DNA from: an uncultured Erysipelotrichaceae bacterium
GTDB lineage: Bacteria; Bacillota_I; Bacilli_A; Erysipelotrichales; Erysipelotrichaceae
DNA: 24,000 nt
NCBI GenBank assembly: GCA_964526155.1
Contig: CAZGLV010000001.1
Span: forward strand, 346,595 to 370,594
Direction: 5' to 3'
The position numbers were made by a program, and so were the translations under genes. Of this stretch, positions 1 through 9,417 are shown one piece after another (the stretch's first letter is position 1; each line of letters opens with the position of its first letter). A model generated the notes under the pieces. It worked only from the letters and a program-made list of their open reading frames with translations. It ran no database searches and was not told the origin of the DNA.

Positions 1-1
1 A

Positions 2-925
2 TCCAATCGATTGACGATGTTCGAGATCGATATGCTGATCGCATCGGCGTACTTCGCCGAAAACAAGGTCGATATCGCGCTGTATGAAGTCGGGTTAGGC
101 GGTCGACTCGACGCAACCAACTTGATTACCCCGATGGTATCCTTGATCACCAACATCGGGATGGACCACATGGAATATTTAGGCGACACATTAAGCGCGA
201 TCGCCGGTGAGAAAGCAGGGATCATCAAACCCGGCGTTCCCTTGATTACGGGGGAAACCAAACAAGAATGCGTCGATGTATTCCGTGAAGTCTGTCAAAA
301 CAACCATAGTAGGATGTACTTTACCCAATCCGCGAAGTTACTCTTGAGTGAGCCGGATGCGGTGACCTTTACGTACCGAGGATTTACGATCCGTCTCAAA
401 GGTCCGGCGCTCTATCAAATCCAAAACGCCTCATTGGCGATCGAAGCGCTCTTACTGCTGCGGGAAACCGAAAAATACGTGATTTCCGATACGGATATCA
501 CGGAAGGTTTGAATAAAGCCGTGTGGAAAGGCCGATTTGAAGTCGTCCATCGCAACCCCACGATCGTTTTGGACGGAGCGCATAACGAACACGGAGTCCA
601 AGCCATCTTATCAAGCATCCAATCTCTTCCGAAACCTCTCATCGCTGTCTTTACCGCGTTACGTGATAAAAAAGCCAAAGGAATGATCGAGAATCTCTTG
701 ACGGTTTGTGATAAAATCATCGTAACCGAATTCGCGTTCTATCGCGGTGCGAAAGCGGAAGAATTGGCTTCCGGCTTACCGGTTGAAATCATCACCGATC
801 CGATGGAAGCGTTACGTTACGGTTATGGACTTGCAACGTCCGGAAGTTTACTGATTACGGGTTCGCTCTATTTCATTTCAGACGTTCGGAAAACTTATTT
901 GCCTCAACTTCTAGAAAGGGAGTGA
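2..925 (+). CDS. folC: Folylpolyglutamate synthase / dihydrofolate synthase, 5'-truncated by the window edge
   Basis: The frame is open from base 2, so the ORF-track Met at 11 is internal. The motifs 'ALYEVGLGGRLDATN', 'NIGMDHMEYLGDTL..IAGEKAGIIKPGVP', 'VLDGAHNEHG' and 'LITGSLYF' are typical of the FolC/Mur-ligase central and C-terminal domains. Confidence 0.88.
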   Translation, partial: SNRLTMFEIDMLIASAYFAENKVDIALYEVGLGGRLDATNLITPMVSLITNIGMDHMEYLGDTLSAIAGEKAGIIKPGVPLITGETKQECVDVFREVCQNNHSRMYFTQSAKLLLSEPDAVTFTYRGFTIRLKGPALYQIQNASLAIEALLLLRETEKYVISDTDITEGLNKAVWKGRFEVVHRNPTIVLDGAHNEHGVQAILSSIQSLPKPLIAVFTALRDKKAKGMIENLLTVCDKIIVTEFAFYRGAKAEELASGLPVEIITDPMEALRYGYGLATSGSLLITGSLYFISDVRKTYLPQLLERE

Positions 926-929
926 TTCC

Positions 930-1751
930 ATGGGTGTCTATGTTCAAATCGCCGCTGTCTTAGCTTTGGTTGTCATCGGATATTTAACGTTCCGATTCAA
1001 TCCGCTCAAACTCGAGATCCGCTCGATCACCTTTACCGCCTTTATGGTGATGCTTTCCGTCGTGCTCTCGCTGCTTTCGATCATGATTCCGCTTTTCGGT
1101 TACCCCAGTTTGAAAATCGGACTCTCGCAACTTCCGTTGATGATCACCGGGATTTTCCTGGGACCATCCTGGGCTTTTGTGGCCGGGCTGATCGAAGATG
1201 TGTTGGAAGTGGTGATCGCACCGGCCGGAGCGCCATTCTTCGGGTTTACTCTCAATAAAGTATTGATTGCGATGATCCCGGCCTTGTGGATGCTTCTGCC
1301 GAAGTCGAAGATCAAGTCATTTAAGTACCTTCCTCACCTTATGCTTGGAATCATCTATCTGACCGCGATGGCGTTTGTGGTTTCGATCGACGAAGTGAAG
1401 GTCGGCAAAGACATACTTCAAGGAACGACCTCAACCAAGATCGGAATCTTCATCTTGAGTACGTTGATGGTCGGATTTATGGTAATCATGTTGAACATTA
1501 TCGCCAAATATTTCGCGGATCGAAACTACAGCTTCGCGCTGACGGACTGGGCGATCAGTATCCTCTGGGTCGAATTGATCGTCAACCTGATCTTGACGCC
1601 GTTCTGGTTGCAAGTCATGTACGGCATCCCGTTTTGGTTAAATGTCGCGCCACGTTTGGTAAAAGGCACGGTCATGATCCAAGTCAACATCGTCCTGGGA
1701 TTCATCTTGGTAAATATCGTCGACAAACTTATGCAAGGAACGCGGAAATAA
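930..1751 (+). CDS. Folate-family ECF transporter S-component-like membrane protein (FolT-like, unusually long at 273 aa)
   Basis: The start lies 4 nt after the folC stop, with 'GGGAG' just upstream. The protein is polytopic and hydrophobic. The core 'LKIGLSQLPLMITGIFLGPSWAFVAGLIEDVL..APAGAPFFGFTLNKVLIAMIPAL' follows the FolT pattern (R/K-I-S-F..P..L.G.LFGP......G...D.....G..FPGFTL). Tight coupling to folC supports a folate link. Confidence 0.55.
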   Translation: MGVYVQIAAVLALVVIGYLTFRFNPLKLEIRSITFTAFMVMLSVVLSLLSIMIPLFGYPSLKIGLSQLPLMITGIFLGPSWAFVAGLIEDVLEVVIAPAGAPFFGFTLNKVLIAMIPALWMLLPKSKIKSFKYLPHLMLGIIYLTAMAFVVSIDEVKVGKDILQGTTSTKIGIFILSTLMVGFMVIMLNIIAKYFADRNYSFALTDWAISILWVELIVNLILTPFWLQVMYGIPFWLNVAPRLVKGTVMIQVNIVLGFILVNIVDKLMQGTRK

Positions 1752-1769
1752 AATCCGCGTTTTTCTTTT
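1739..1769 (+). terminator. Rho-independent terminator after the folC/folT-like pair
   Basis: Stem 'aacgcgga' (1739-1746) pairs with 'tccgcgtt' (1754-1761) around a 7-nt loop and runs into a T-tract. The hairpin overlaps the stop codon at 1749-1751. Confidence 0.6.
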
Positions 1770-1842
1770 GTGTTAATTGTGCGTCAAAATTCGGAAAAAT
1801 TCGCCTCAACCCTGGCACTGACGATGGTTGAACCCGCGAAAA

Positions 1843-1853
1843 TGGAGTATAAT
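1843..1853 (+). promoter_or_regulatory. Putative -10 region 'TGGAGTATAAT' for the glg operon
   Basis: A consensus TATAAT sits at 1848-1853, about 29 nt upstream of the glgC ATG. No convincing -35 lies at 16-18 nt (the TTGAAC at 1828 is only 14 nt away). The same 11-mer recurs upstream of lemA. Confidence 0.35.
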
Positions 1854-1881
1854 AAAAACAGAAAAGCAAAGGGGAAATAAT

Positions 1882-3012
1882 ATGCGCCAACATCAGATGG
1901 TGGCCATGATCCTAGCCGGCGGGCGCGGGTCACGGTTGCTTGAGCTTACCAATAAAGTTGCCAAGCCCGCGGTTTATTTCGGAGGGAAGTACCGTATCGT
2001 CGATTTTCCGTTAAGCAATTGTGCCAACTCGGGGATCGACATCGTCGGTGTGTTGACACAATATGAATCGGTTTTATTGAACTCGTATGTCGCCCAAGAT
2101 TCCAGATGGGGACTGGACGCCAAGGACTCGGGAATTTATGTATTGCCACCGCGCGAAAAGAGCGAAGGGTTCGGACTTTATCGCGGGACGGCGGATGCCA
2201 TTACGCAAAACATCGATTTCCTTGACCAATACGACCCGGAATATGTCTTGGTTCTTTCGGGGGACCATATTTATAAAATGGATTATGCGAAAATGCTGGC
2301 CTTCCATAAGGCACGGTTGGCCGATGTGACGATCGCCGTTCTGGAAGTTCCGTTAAAAGAGGCTTCACGTTTTGGGATCATGAATACCGACGAGACCGAT
2401 CGCGTTCTCGAATTCGAAGAAAAACCGAAACATCCGAAGAGCAACTTAGCGTCCATGGGCGTTTATATTTTCAACTGGAAGTATCTACGCAAAACGTTGG
2501 TGGATGATATGAAGAATGATGCTTCGCATCATGACTTCGGTAAAGACATCATCCCCGGCGGCTTGAAAGCCGACAAACGGATGTTCGCGTATCGCTTCAA
2601 AGGATATTGGAAGGACGTCGGGACGATCGACAGTCTTTGGGAAGCCAACATGGACTTGATTTATCGTGGCACCGAACTCGATTTGGCGGATCCAAGCTGG
2701 AAGATCTATAGTGAAGATCAGCACATGCCATCGCAATTTATCGGGAGAAACGGGACCGTCAAGAATGCCTATATCAACCAAGGTTGCGTCATTGACGGAC
2801 ATGTGGAGAATTCCGTACTCTTTACAGGGGTGGTTGTTGAAGAAGGCGCAAAGGTAATCGACGCGGTATTGATGCCGGGGGTCGTCGTTCGTCAGAACGC
2901 GGTCGTCCAACGCGTCATCGTCGCGGACGATGTCGTGATCGACGAGAATGTCAACGTAGGCAAAGCGGGTGACGGGGAGATCGAATTGATCCATCGTCAT
3001 GTCCATAATTAA
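1882..3012 (+). CDS. glgC: Glucose-1-phosphate adenylyltransferase, catalytic subunit
   Basis: The start was trimmed to ATG 1882, which has RBS 'AAAGGGGAA' 6-7 nt upstream; the ORF-track start at 1828 is a TTG with no RBS. Motifs '[45 protein letters not shown]', 'GTADAI' and '[10 protein letters not shown]', plus the C-terminal left-handed beta-helix repeats, identify the family. Confidence 0.95.
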   Translation: MRQHQMVAMILAGGRGSRLLELTNKVAKPAVYFGGKYRIVDFPLSNCANSGIDIVGVLTQYESVLLNSYVAQDSRWGLDAKDSGIYVLPPREKSEGFGLYRGTADAITQNIDFLDQYDPEYVLVLSGDHIYKMDYAKMLAFHKARLADVTIAVLEVPLKEASRFGIMNTDETDRVLEFEEKPKHPKSNLASMGVYIFNWKYLRKTLVDDMKNDASHHDFGKDIIPGGLKADKRMFAYRFKGYWKDVGTIDSLWEANMDLIYRGTELDLADPSWKIYSEDQHMPSQFIGRNGTVKNAYINQGCVIDGHVENSVLFTGVVVEEGAKVIDAVLMPGVVVRQNAVVQRVIVADDVVIDENVNVGKAGDGEIELIHRHVHN

Positions 3013-3024
3013 GGGGGCGACACC

Positions 3025-4140
3025 ATGTGCAACGCATTAGGAATCATCAACTACGATGACGCATCCGCATATGTCGCGGGGCTACAGGATTTCCGTCCGA
3101 TGCCGTCGTTGTCGTTTCTAGGCCGTTATCGGCTGATTGACTTCGTCTTATCCAATATGACCAATTCGGGCATCAAACATGTCCAAGTCTATGTTAAATC
3201 CAAACCGCGTTCGGTCTTTGAACATTTGGGGACCGGCCGTCAGTACGGCATCAATTCTAAGCGTGGGAAGTTGCATCTTTTAAATGGGGAAGAACCGATT
3301 TATTCGGAAATCTACAACCATGACATCACCGCGTTCACGCAAAACATGCAATTCATCGAAGAAGCGAACTATCCATATGTCGTCATCGCACCGAGTTTTA
3401 TGGTCACCAAGATCGATTACAACGACGTGGTCAACGCCCATCTTGAATCGGGAGCCGACATCACGGTCGTCTACAAGACGATCGACAACGCGAAAGAAGC
3501 GTTTATCGGGATCAATACGTTAACCTTGGATCGTGATAAACGGATTCTGAAATTCGAAAAAAATCAAGGGAAATACAAAAATCGCCATGTATCGTTGCGG
3601 ACCTATGTCATGCGCAAGAGTCTGTTCATCGACTTGATCCGTTTGGCACAGAAAACCAGTTCGATGTATTCGCTCTCCGATATCATCGCTGACAACATCA
3701 ACACCTTAAACATCATCGGATATAGCCACCGTGGCTATGTCGCTTGCATCAACAATATCGATCAATATTTCAAAGCGAATATGGAGCTGATTTGTCGGGA
3801 GAAGGCTGCGGAGCTTTTCGATCCGAAATGGCCGTTCAACACACGTACCAACGATTCTTGCCCGACACAATACTCGCCGTTAGCGGATGTTAAGTTTTCG
3901 ACCATCGCCAACGGATGCTTCATCGAAGGGGAGATCCACAACTCCGTCTTGGGACGTGGCGTCGTGGTCAAACCCGGTGCGGTCATCGAAAACAGTATCA
4001 TCCTACCCGGTGCTTTCATCGGTGAAAACGCACGCTTGAACTACTGTATCGTCGACAAGCATGCGAAAATCATGCATATGAAAGAATTGATCGGGACTCC
4101 CGAACAGTTGATCTACGTCAAACGTCGGGACACCCTGTGA
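3025..4140 (+). CDS. glgD: Glucose-1-phosphate adenylyltransferase, regulatory GlgD subunit
   Basis: RBS 'AAGGGGG' lies 7 nt upstream. 'LSFLGRYRLIDFVLSNMTNSGI' is a GlgC paralogue sequence lacking the GGxGxRL catalytic loop. The position between glgC and glgA is as in Bacillus-type glg operons. Confidence 0.9.
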   Translation: MCNALGIINYDDASAYVAGLQDFRPMPSLSFLGRYRLIDFVLSNMTNSGIKHVQVYVKSKPRSVFEHLGTGRQYGINSKRGKLHLLNGEEPIYSEIYNHDITAFTQNMQFIEEANYPYVVIAPSFMVTKIDYNDVVNAHLESGADITVVYKTIDNAKEAFIGINTLTLDRDKRILKFEKNQGKYKNRHVSLRTYVMRKSLFIDLIRLAQKTSSMYSLSDIIADNINTLNIIGYSHRGYVACINNIDQYFKANMELICREKAAELFDPKWPFNTRTNDSCPTQYSPLADVKFSTIANGCFIEGEIHNSVLGRGVVVKPGAVIENSIILPGAFIGENARLNYCIVDKHAKIMHMKELIGTPEQLIYVKRRDTL

Positions 4141-4147
4141 GGATCCT

Positions 4148-5584
4148 ATGAAAAAGATTCTGTTTGTGGCGGCGGAAGGATTGCCTTTCGTCAAAACCGG
4201 AGGTTTGGCGGATGTGGTGGGGAGCCTTCCCCAACAACTCGCCGAACTGGACTTCGAAGTTTCGGTCATTTTGCCTCTTTACCTGAAAACCGCCCGTACC
4301 CAACACCATACGTTGACGAAAGTCGCGACGTACCCCGTCAAGGTGGGTGTGTTGGATACGGTGGCAACCTTATATACCAAAAAGATCGGTGAAGTCACCT
4401 ATTATTTAGTTGAACATGCCGGGTATTTCGAACGTGACGGATACTATGGGTATCCGGATGACGGGGAGCGTTTCGCGTTCTTCCAACATGCCGTTCTGCG
4501 TGCGATCGAAGAGAAACATATCGAAACCGATGTGCTCCATTGTCATGACTGGCATACCGGATTCATCGCGTTACTTGCGCGTACTCTCTATTTACACCGT
4601 ATTCCGCAAGCATTGACCCTCTATACCATTCATAACTTGGCGTTCCAAGGGAACTTCCCCTTCGGAATCCTCAGCTCACTCTTCGGTCTATCCGATTCGA
4701 TGTATCATGACGGAACCTTGCGTTTCCATGAAGGGATGATTTCCTTCATGAAAGCCGGGATCTTGTTCTCGGATGTCGTCACGACCGTTTCCGATACCTA
4801 CGCTATGGAAATCCTGACGCCGGATTTCGGCGAACACATGGAAGATGTCCTACGCATGCGTAAACGCGATCTTTACGGGATCGTCAACGGAATCGACGTG
4901 CAAGCGTGGAATCCTGAAACGGATACCGCTTTGGCCAAGACGTACGATCTTCGAGGTGTCGAAAAGGGCAAGGCCGCCAATAAAAAAGCGATCCAAGCCG
5001 AACTCGGATTACGTCAAGATCCCGATGTGTTGCTTGTGGCGATGGTCAGCCGCCTCACCCCTCAGAAGGGTGTGCAATTGTTGATGGACACCATGCATGA
5101 AATCATGGGTTGGGATATGCAACTGGTCATTCTTGGTACCGGGGACAATTGGACGGAAAACGAACTTCGTCAAATCGAATACCGTTATCCGCATCGCGCC
5201 GTATTCTATTGCGGATACCATGAAGAGTTGGCGCATCGCATTTATGCCGGGGCGGATCTGTTATTGATGCCGTCGGCCTTCGAACCGTGCGGAATCTCGC
5301 AATTGATCGCCATGCGATACGGAACCTTGCCGTTGGTTCGCGAAACGGGCGGACTGAAAGATACGGTCGAACCCTACAACGAATTCACCTCGAAGGGTAC
5401 CGGATTCACATTCGGTCACTTCAATCGGGAAGATTTCAAACACATTCTCAAGTATGCCTTGGATACGTACTATCGTAATCCTGAAAACTGGAAGAAGTTG
5501 GTGAAGCAAGCCATGCGTAAAGACGTCAGCTGGAACAAGTCGGCACGTGAATACGCGAAACTGATCGAACGAAAAAGCCGTTAA
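4148..5584 (+). CDS. glgA: Glycogen (starch) synthase, ADP-glucose type
   Basis: The N-terminus 'MKKILFVAAEGLPFVKTGGLADVVGSLP' carries the KTGGL motif. 'HCHDWHTG', 'PSAFEPCGISQLIAMRYGTLPLVRETGGLKDTV' and the RBS 'GAGGA' support the call. Confidence 0.96.
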   Translation: MKKILFVAAEGLPFVKTGGLADVVGSLPQQLAELDFEVSVILPLYLKTARTQHHTLTKVATYPVKVGVLDTVATLYTKKIGEVTYYLVEHAGYFERDGYYGYPDDGERFAFFQHAVLRAIEEKHIETDVLHCHDWHTGFIALLARTLYLHRIPQALTLYTIHNLAFQGNFPFGILSSLFGLSDSMYHDGTLRFHEGMISFMKAGILFSDVVTTVSDTYAMEILTPDFGEHMEDVLRMRKRDLYGIVNGIDVQAWNPETDTALAKTYDLRGVEKGKAANKKAIQAELGLRQDPDVLLVAMVSRLTPQKGVQLLMDTMHEIMGWDMQLVILGTGDNWTENELRQIEYRYPHRAVFYCGYHEELAHRIYAGADLLLMPSAFEPCGISQLIAMRYGTLPLVRETGGLKDTVEPYNEFTSKGTGFTFGHFNREDFKHILKYALDTYYRNPENWKKLVKQAMRKDVSWNKSAREYAKLIERKSR

Positions 5585-5610
5585 AGAGCGTAGCGATACG
5601 CTCTTTTCTC
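5585..5610 (+). terminator. Rho-independent terminator after glgA
   Basis: Perfect 8-bp stem 'agagcgta' / 'tacgctct' with loop 'gcga', followed by 'tttctc'. It lies immediately after the glgA stop codon. Confidence 0.7.
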
Positions 5611-5666
5611 TGGTGACAATTGTAATGAAGATAATGTGAAACCATTAACAAAACCATACAAAAGCA

Positions 5667-5695
5667 TTGTTTCAATAAGTCGAAAATGCTATAAT
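5667..5695 (+). promoter_or_regulatory. Sigma-A type promoter of pgk-tpiA-eno (TTGTTT-17-TATAAT with extended TG)
   Basis: -35 'ttgttt' is at 5667-5672, followed by a 17-nt spacer and the extended -10 'TGcTATAAT' at 5687-5695. The element sits 28 nt upstream of the pgk ATG and its AAGGAGG RBS. Confidence 0.55.
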
Positions 5696-5722
5696 CTGAA
5701 TGACTACAAGGAGGATGTAGAT

Positions 5723-6919
5723 ATGGCAAAACTGACAGTACGCGACCTTTCGGTAAAAGGCAAACGCGTCATCGTTCGTGTCGATTTCAATGTTCCGATC
5801 AAAGAAGGCAAAATCAAAGACGACAATCGTATCGTCCAAGCCTTGCCGACCATCAACTATCTGGTTGAACAGGGAGCACGGATCATTCTCATGTCGCACT
5901 TGGGTAAAGTGGATCACAAGGATCCCGAACAAACTGCGGCTGACAAAGCCAAAAACAACATGGCGCCGGTCGCCGCCCGTTTAGGCGAATTGGTTAAGAC
6001 CAAAGTATCGTTTGTCCCCGAAACCAAAGGCGCGGCGCTGGAAGCGGCGGTTGCGGAATTGAAAGACGGGGAAATCGTCGTTGTTCAGAATACGCGTTAT
6101 GAAAAAGGCGAAAGCAAGAACGATCCGGAACTCAGCAAATACTGGGCTTCGTTAGCGGATCTGTTTGTGACGGATGCCTTCGGTTCGGTTCACAGAGCCC
6201 ATTCTTCGACCGTCGGGATCGCGGAGATCCTGCCTTCGGCCTTGGGATTCTTAGTCGAAAAAGAAGTCGATATGCTTGGCAAAGCCGTGTATGAGCCGGT
6301 TCGTCCGTTCGTGGCGATTTTAGGCGGTGCGAAAGTATCCGACAAAATCGCAGTCATCGAAAACCTTCTGACCATCGCCGACAAAGTCTTGATCGGCGGC
6401 GGGATGGCCTATACCTTCCTCAAAGCGGAAGGCAAGGAAATCGGGAAGTCGCTTGTCGAAGAAGATCGTATCGAAATGGCGAAGGATTTCTTGGCACGTT
6501 CACACGGAAAACTTATTTTACCGGTAGACCACGTCGCCGCTAGTGCGTTTGCGGAAGATGCGGATACCAAAATCGTCGACAACGACCATATCCCAACCGA
6601 TTACATGGGCTTGGATATCGGACCGGAATCGATCGCTCTTTTCAAGAAAGAACTCTTAGGCGCAAAAACCGTGGTCTGGAACGGACCGATGGGCGTCTTC
6701 GAAATGAAGCCGTTCGCCAAGGGAACCCTTGAGATCTGCACCGCGATTTCCGAGTTACCGGGCGCGATGACAGTCATCGGCGGCGGGGATTCGGCCGCGG
6801 CCGCGATCCAACTAGGATTCAAAGATAAATTCTCCCACATTTCAACCGGCGGCGGCGCCTCGCTTGAATTCATGGAAGGCAAAGAACTGCCTGGAATCGC
6901 CGTCATCAAGGAGAAATAG
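5723..6919 (+). CDS. pgk: Phosphoglycerate kinase
   Basis: The start was trimmed to ATG 5723, which has RBS 'AAGGAGGA' upstream. Motifs '[12 protein letters not shown]', 'DDNRI', 'ILMSHLGKV', '[11 protein letters not shown]' and '[11 protein letters not shown]...GGGDSAAA...[10 protein letters not shown]' identify the enzyme. Confidence 0.97.
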   Translation: MAKLTVRDLSVKGKRVIVRVDFNVPIKEGKIKDDNRIVQALPTINYLVEQGARIILMSHLGKVDHKDPEQTAADKAKNNMAPVAARLGELVKTKVSFVPETKGAALEAAVAELKDGEIVVVQNTRYEKGESKNDPELSKYWASLADLFVTDAFGSVHRAHSSTVGIAEILPSALGFLVEKEVDMLGKAVYEPVRPFVAILGGAKVSDKIAVIENLLTIADKVLIGGGMAYTFLKAEGKEIGKSLVEEDRIEMAKDFLARSHGKLILPVDHVAASAFAEDADTKIVDNDHIPTDYMGLDIGPESIALFKKELLGAKTVVWNGPMGVFEMKPFAKGTLEICTAISELPGAMTVIGGGDSAAAAIQLGFKDKFSHISTGGGASLEFMEGKELPGIAVIKEK

Positions 6920-6921
6920 AA

Positions 6922-7668
6922 ATGCGTAAACCGATTATTGTTGGTAACTGGAAGATGAATAAGACGATCGCCGAAGCGAAGAGTTTCGTCGAAGCGATCG
7001 AACCGTTATTGCATGACGATGCGGATTTCGGAGTCGGCGCCCCGTTTTTGGCGCTAGAGAAATCCGTCGCGGCTGCGAAGAATCTGATCGTCGCGGCGCA
7101 AAACGTACACTTTGAAGACAGCGGAGCGTTCACCGGTGAGGTCAGCGTGCCGATGTTGAAGGAAATCGGATTGAAGTGGTGCATCATCGGACATTCCGAA
7201 CGTCGCACCTATTTCGGCGAAACCGACGAAACCGTAAATAAAAAAGCATTGAAATTGGTTGCGAACGGGATTACCCCGATCATCTGTGTCGGTGAAACCT
7301 TGGCGCAGTTTGAAAACGGCGAAACGGAATCCGTCGTCCGCACACAGACCGCCGCAGCCTTGGCCGGTTTGGCCGGGGAAGATGTTGCGAAGTTAGTCAT
7401 CGCGTATGAACCCGTTTGGGCCATCGGCACCGGGAAGAACGCAACCAAGGAAATCGCCCAGAACACCTGTGCGATCGTCCGTGACGAAGTGAAGAAGAAC
7501 TTCGGACCGGAAGTTTCCGAAAAAGTACGTATCCAATACGGCGGATCGGTCAAACCCGACAATATCCGTGAATACATGGCGGAAGCCGATATCGACGGAG
7601 CCCTCATCGGAGGCGCTTCCTTGAAAGTCGATTCGTTTAAAGCTATCATCGACGCTCTGAAAGCGTAA
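6922..7668 (+). CDS. tpiA: Triosephosphate isomerase
   Basis: Motifs 'IIVGNWKMNK', 'CIIGHSERR', 'VIAYEPVWAIGTGK' and 'IQYGGSV' identify the enzyme. RBS AAGGAG is present and the start is 2 nt after the pgk stop. Confidence 0.97.
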   Translation: MRKPIIVGNWKMNKTIAEAKSFVEAIEPLLHDDADFGVGAPFLALEKSVAAAKNLIVAAQNVHFEDSGAFTGEVSVPMLKEIGLKWCIIGHSERRTYFGETDETVNKKALKLVANGITPIICVGETLAQFENGETESVVRTQTAAALAGLAGEDVAKLVIAYEPVWAIGTGKNATKEIAQNTCAIVRDEVKKNFGPEVSEKVRIQYGGSVKPDNIREYMAEADIDGALIGGASLKVDSFKAIIDALKA

Positions 7669-8979
<1,311 letters not shown>

Positions 8980-8985
8980 GTTCAC

Positions 8986-9021
8986 AAAGACGCTCCCTCA
9001 CAATGAAGGAGCGTCTTTTTT
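8986..9021 (+). terminator. Rho-independent terminator after eno
   Basis: An 11-bp stem 'aaagacgctcc' (8986-8996) pairs with 'ggagcgtcttt' (9008-9018), followed by a T-run to 9021. Confidence 0.8.
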
Positions 9022-9095
9022 ATGTTTAGATTTCAATAACCTTTTAGTCGCTTATGCCAATAAAATCGCATGCACGTTCAACAGCTTGTTGTTTT

Positions 9096-9124
9096 TTGAT
9101 TGCGTATCTGATAAAATGTATAAG
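9096..9124 (+). promoter_or_regulatory. Putative promoter of secG(-rnr-smpB): TTGATT-17-TATAAG with upstream TG
   Basis: -35 'ttgatt' is at 9096-9101, followed by a 17-nt spacer and 'TGtATAAG' with the -10 at 9119-9124. It lies 22 nt before the secG ATG. Confidence 0.45.
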
Positions 9125-9145
9125 CAAACTGAAAGGAGGATTCCG

Positions 9146-9367
9146 ATGCTTGATATCGTACTGATGGTGGTCGCCGTCCTACTGATTCTATTATCACTTC
9201 TACAGAGCGGCAAGTCCGACGGCATAAGCAGCGCTTTCTCCGGAAGCGGCGGGTTGAACCTGTTCGCCAACGTGAAAGAACGGGGTCCGGAAAAGACGAT
9301 TTCCCGGTTGACCTTGGTGCTGGGCATTTCGTTCTTTGTCCTAGTGATTTTAGTAAGAATCGTATAA
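9146..9367 (+). CDS. secG: Preprotein translocase subunit SecG
   Basis: The start was trimmed to ATG 9146 (RBS 'AAAGGAGGA'), because the ORF-track start at 8933 lies inside eno and its terminator. The 73-aa product has two TM segments flanking 'QSGKSDGISSAFSGSGG', which is SecG-typical. Confidence 0.85.
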   Translation: MLDIVLMVVAVLLILLSLLQSGKSDGISSAFSGSGGLNLFANVKERGPEKTISRLTLVLGISFFVLVILVRIV

Positions 9368-9417
9368 AAACGGCCGCTCAGGCCTTTTTTATTATAAAAT
9401 GAAGAGGGAGGATACTT

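Noticed and set aside
926-929. Expectation of a THF riboswitch in front of the FolT-like gene.
   Set aside because: Only 4 nt separate it from folC, so there is no room for a riboswitch. Any such element would lie upstream of folC, outside the window.
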